A stretch of 64,000 bases of DNA from contig OZ281497.1 of NCBI GenBank assembly GCA_965637545.1, forward strand, positions 18,476,001 to 18,540,000, written 5' to 3'. Source of the DNA: Phallusia mammillata. Taxonomy: Eukaryota. Position numbers and translations under genes: made by a program. Below the pieces are notes generated by a model. The model was not told the origin of the DNA and searched no databases. It worked only from the letters and a program-made list of their open reading frames with translations. Positions within the stretch are counted from its first letter, which is position 1. Every line of letters starts with the position of its first letter. Below are positions 63,192 to 64,000 of the stretch, in pieces.

Positions 63192-64000
63192 ACTAGTGTC
63201 GATTTACTGCCGTAACGCTGTCGTTCGTTTCGAATAAACCTTTGTATTGTTGTCGGCGCATATCAATTTGAGTGTCGTTTGCAAGACTTTTACGACCATC
63301 AAAGTGTCACCATGTTGGCGCTCGCGGCAAGGTTGAACGTTTCTTTGTGTCACTTACGACCGGACGCCTCGTGCCATTCTGGTCAGGGCGAGCTCCTGTC
63401 GACCCATGTCAATGCACGCGTCAGTCACACGCTCGTTATGCTGCCTTGAATCTCCCCTCGCTGCCCCTGTCATTCGATGAGCGTAAAATTGAGATGTCAC
63501 CTGGTGTGTGTCTGCCCGAAGGGTCGAGCTGGGGCTTAAGCGGTGGTAGTGCCATTAGAGGCTGCGACGAATTCCGCGTCTTGTTTAGAAGCGAAACAGT
63601 GCATTGCGCAGCGCTGCTTTCGACCACCGAGCCGAGTTTGGGCGACACTCGGCAGAAATCAGCGGATGAGTAACAAAGCGTGGCCTTGTTGTTTCAAGGC
63701 AGGGGTAATTAAAAAAGCAGGCCAACTATGGCGGCTTAAAACTCAGTTCAGGTGTAAGTGCAGTGAACTTTAGTTCCCGCTACATAGAGTTTAGAATGTC
63801 TTCGGCATTTGAGTCTGTATGAAAGCTACCCGCAGTAACCAAACATGTTTTGAAGGAGCTACATTATATGCTCCGAAACCGTTTGTAACTCTATTATCGA
63901 CTTAGGGCTGCATGCATTCAATTTGGCCAGCCATGCGTACATAATGCGCTTAGCGACCCCGCCAGAAATCGGCGTTTCCCCTTGATTCGATACGAGCCGC

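Noticed and set aside
63272-63773. 133-aa and other overlapping ORFs after the KANSL3 stop
   Set aside because: No recognisable homology or splice support; most simply GC-richer 3' UTR.

Overview
AT-rich, gene-dense eukaryotic (metazoan) DNA with many short GT-AG introns of about 50-80 nt. The compactness, gene content and unpaired splice acceptors just upstream of start codons most resemble an ascidian/tunicate genome; this is an inference and the species is not identified. No prokaryotic features, rRNA, tRNA or CRISPR arrays were seen. Exon chains were spliced by hand and family calls rest on remembered human protein sequences, not database searches. In order, the window holds: the 3' end of a PLEKHG7-like RhoGEF (+), intronless HEXIM (+), an unidentified coiled-coil gene (-), PTGES2 (+), RPIA (-), a secreted Ly6/uPAR-Sushi-vWA gene (+), PTPDC1 (-), cereblon CRBN (-), EXOC6/Sec15 (+), an unidentified gene (-) and KANSL3 (+), with several hAT- and Tc1/mariner-type MITEs in introns. 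The most interesting signals are: (1) an antisense gene nested in a CRBN intron that looks like a pore-less mucolipin (TRPML S1-S4 only); (2) two frame-symmetric EXOC6 cassette exons carrying 7 NPF (EH-domain-binding) motifs, plus a duplicated alternative first-exon system; (3) a GC-rich, hairpin-rich segment in a KANSL3 intron with H/ACA-like and CR4/5-like features, a candidate structured ncRNA and tentatively telomerase RNA.
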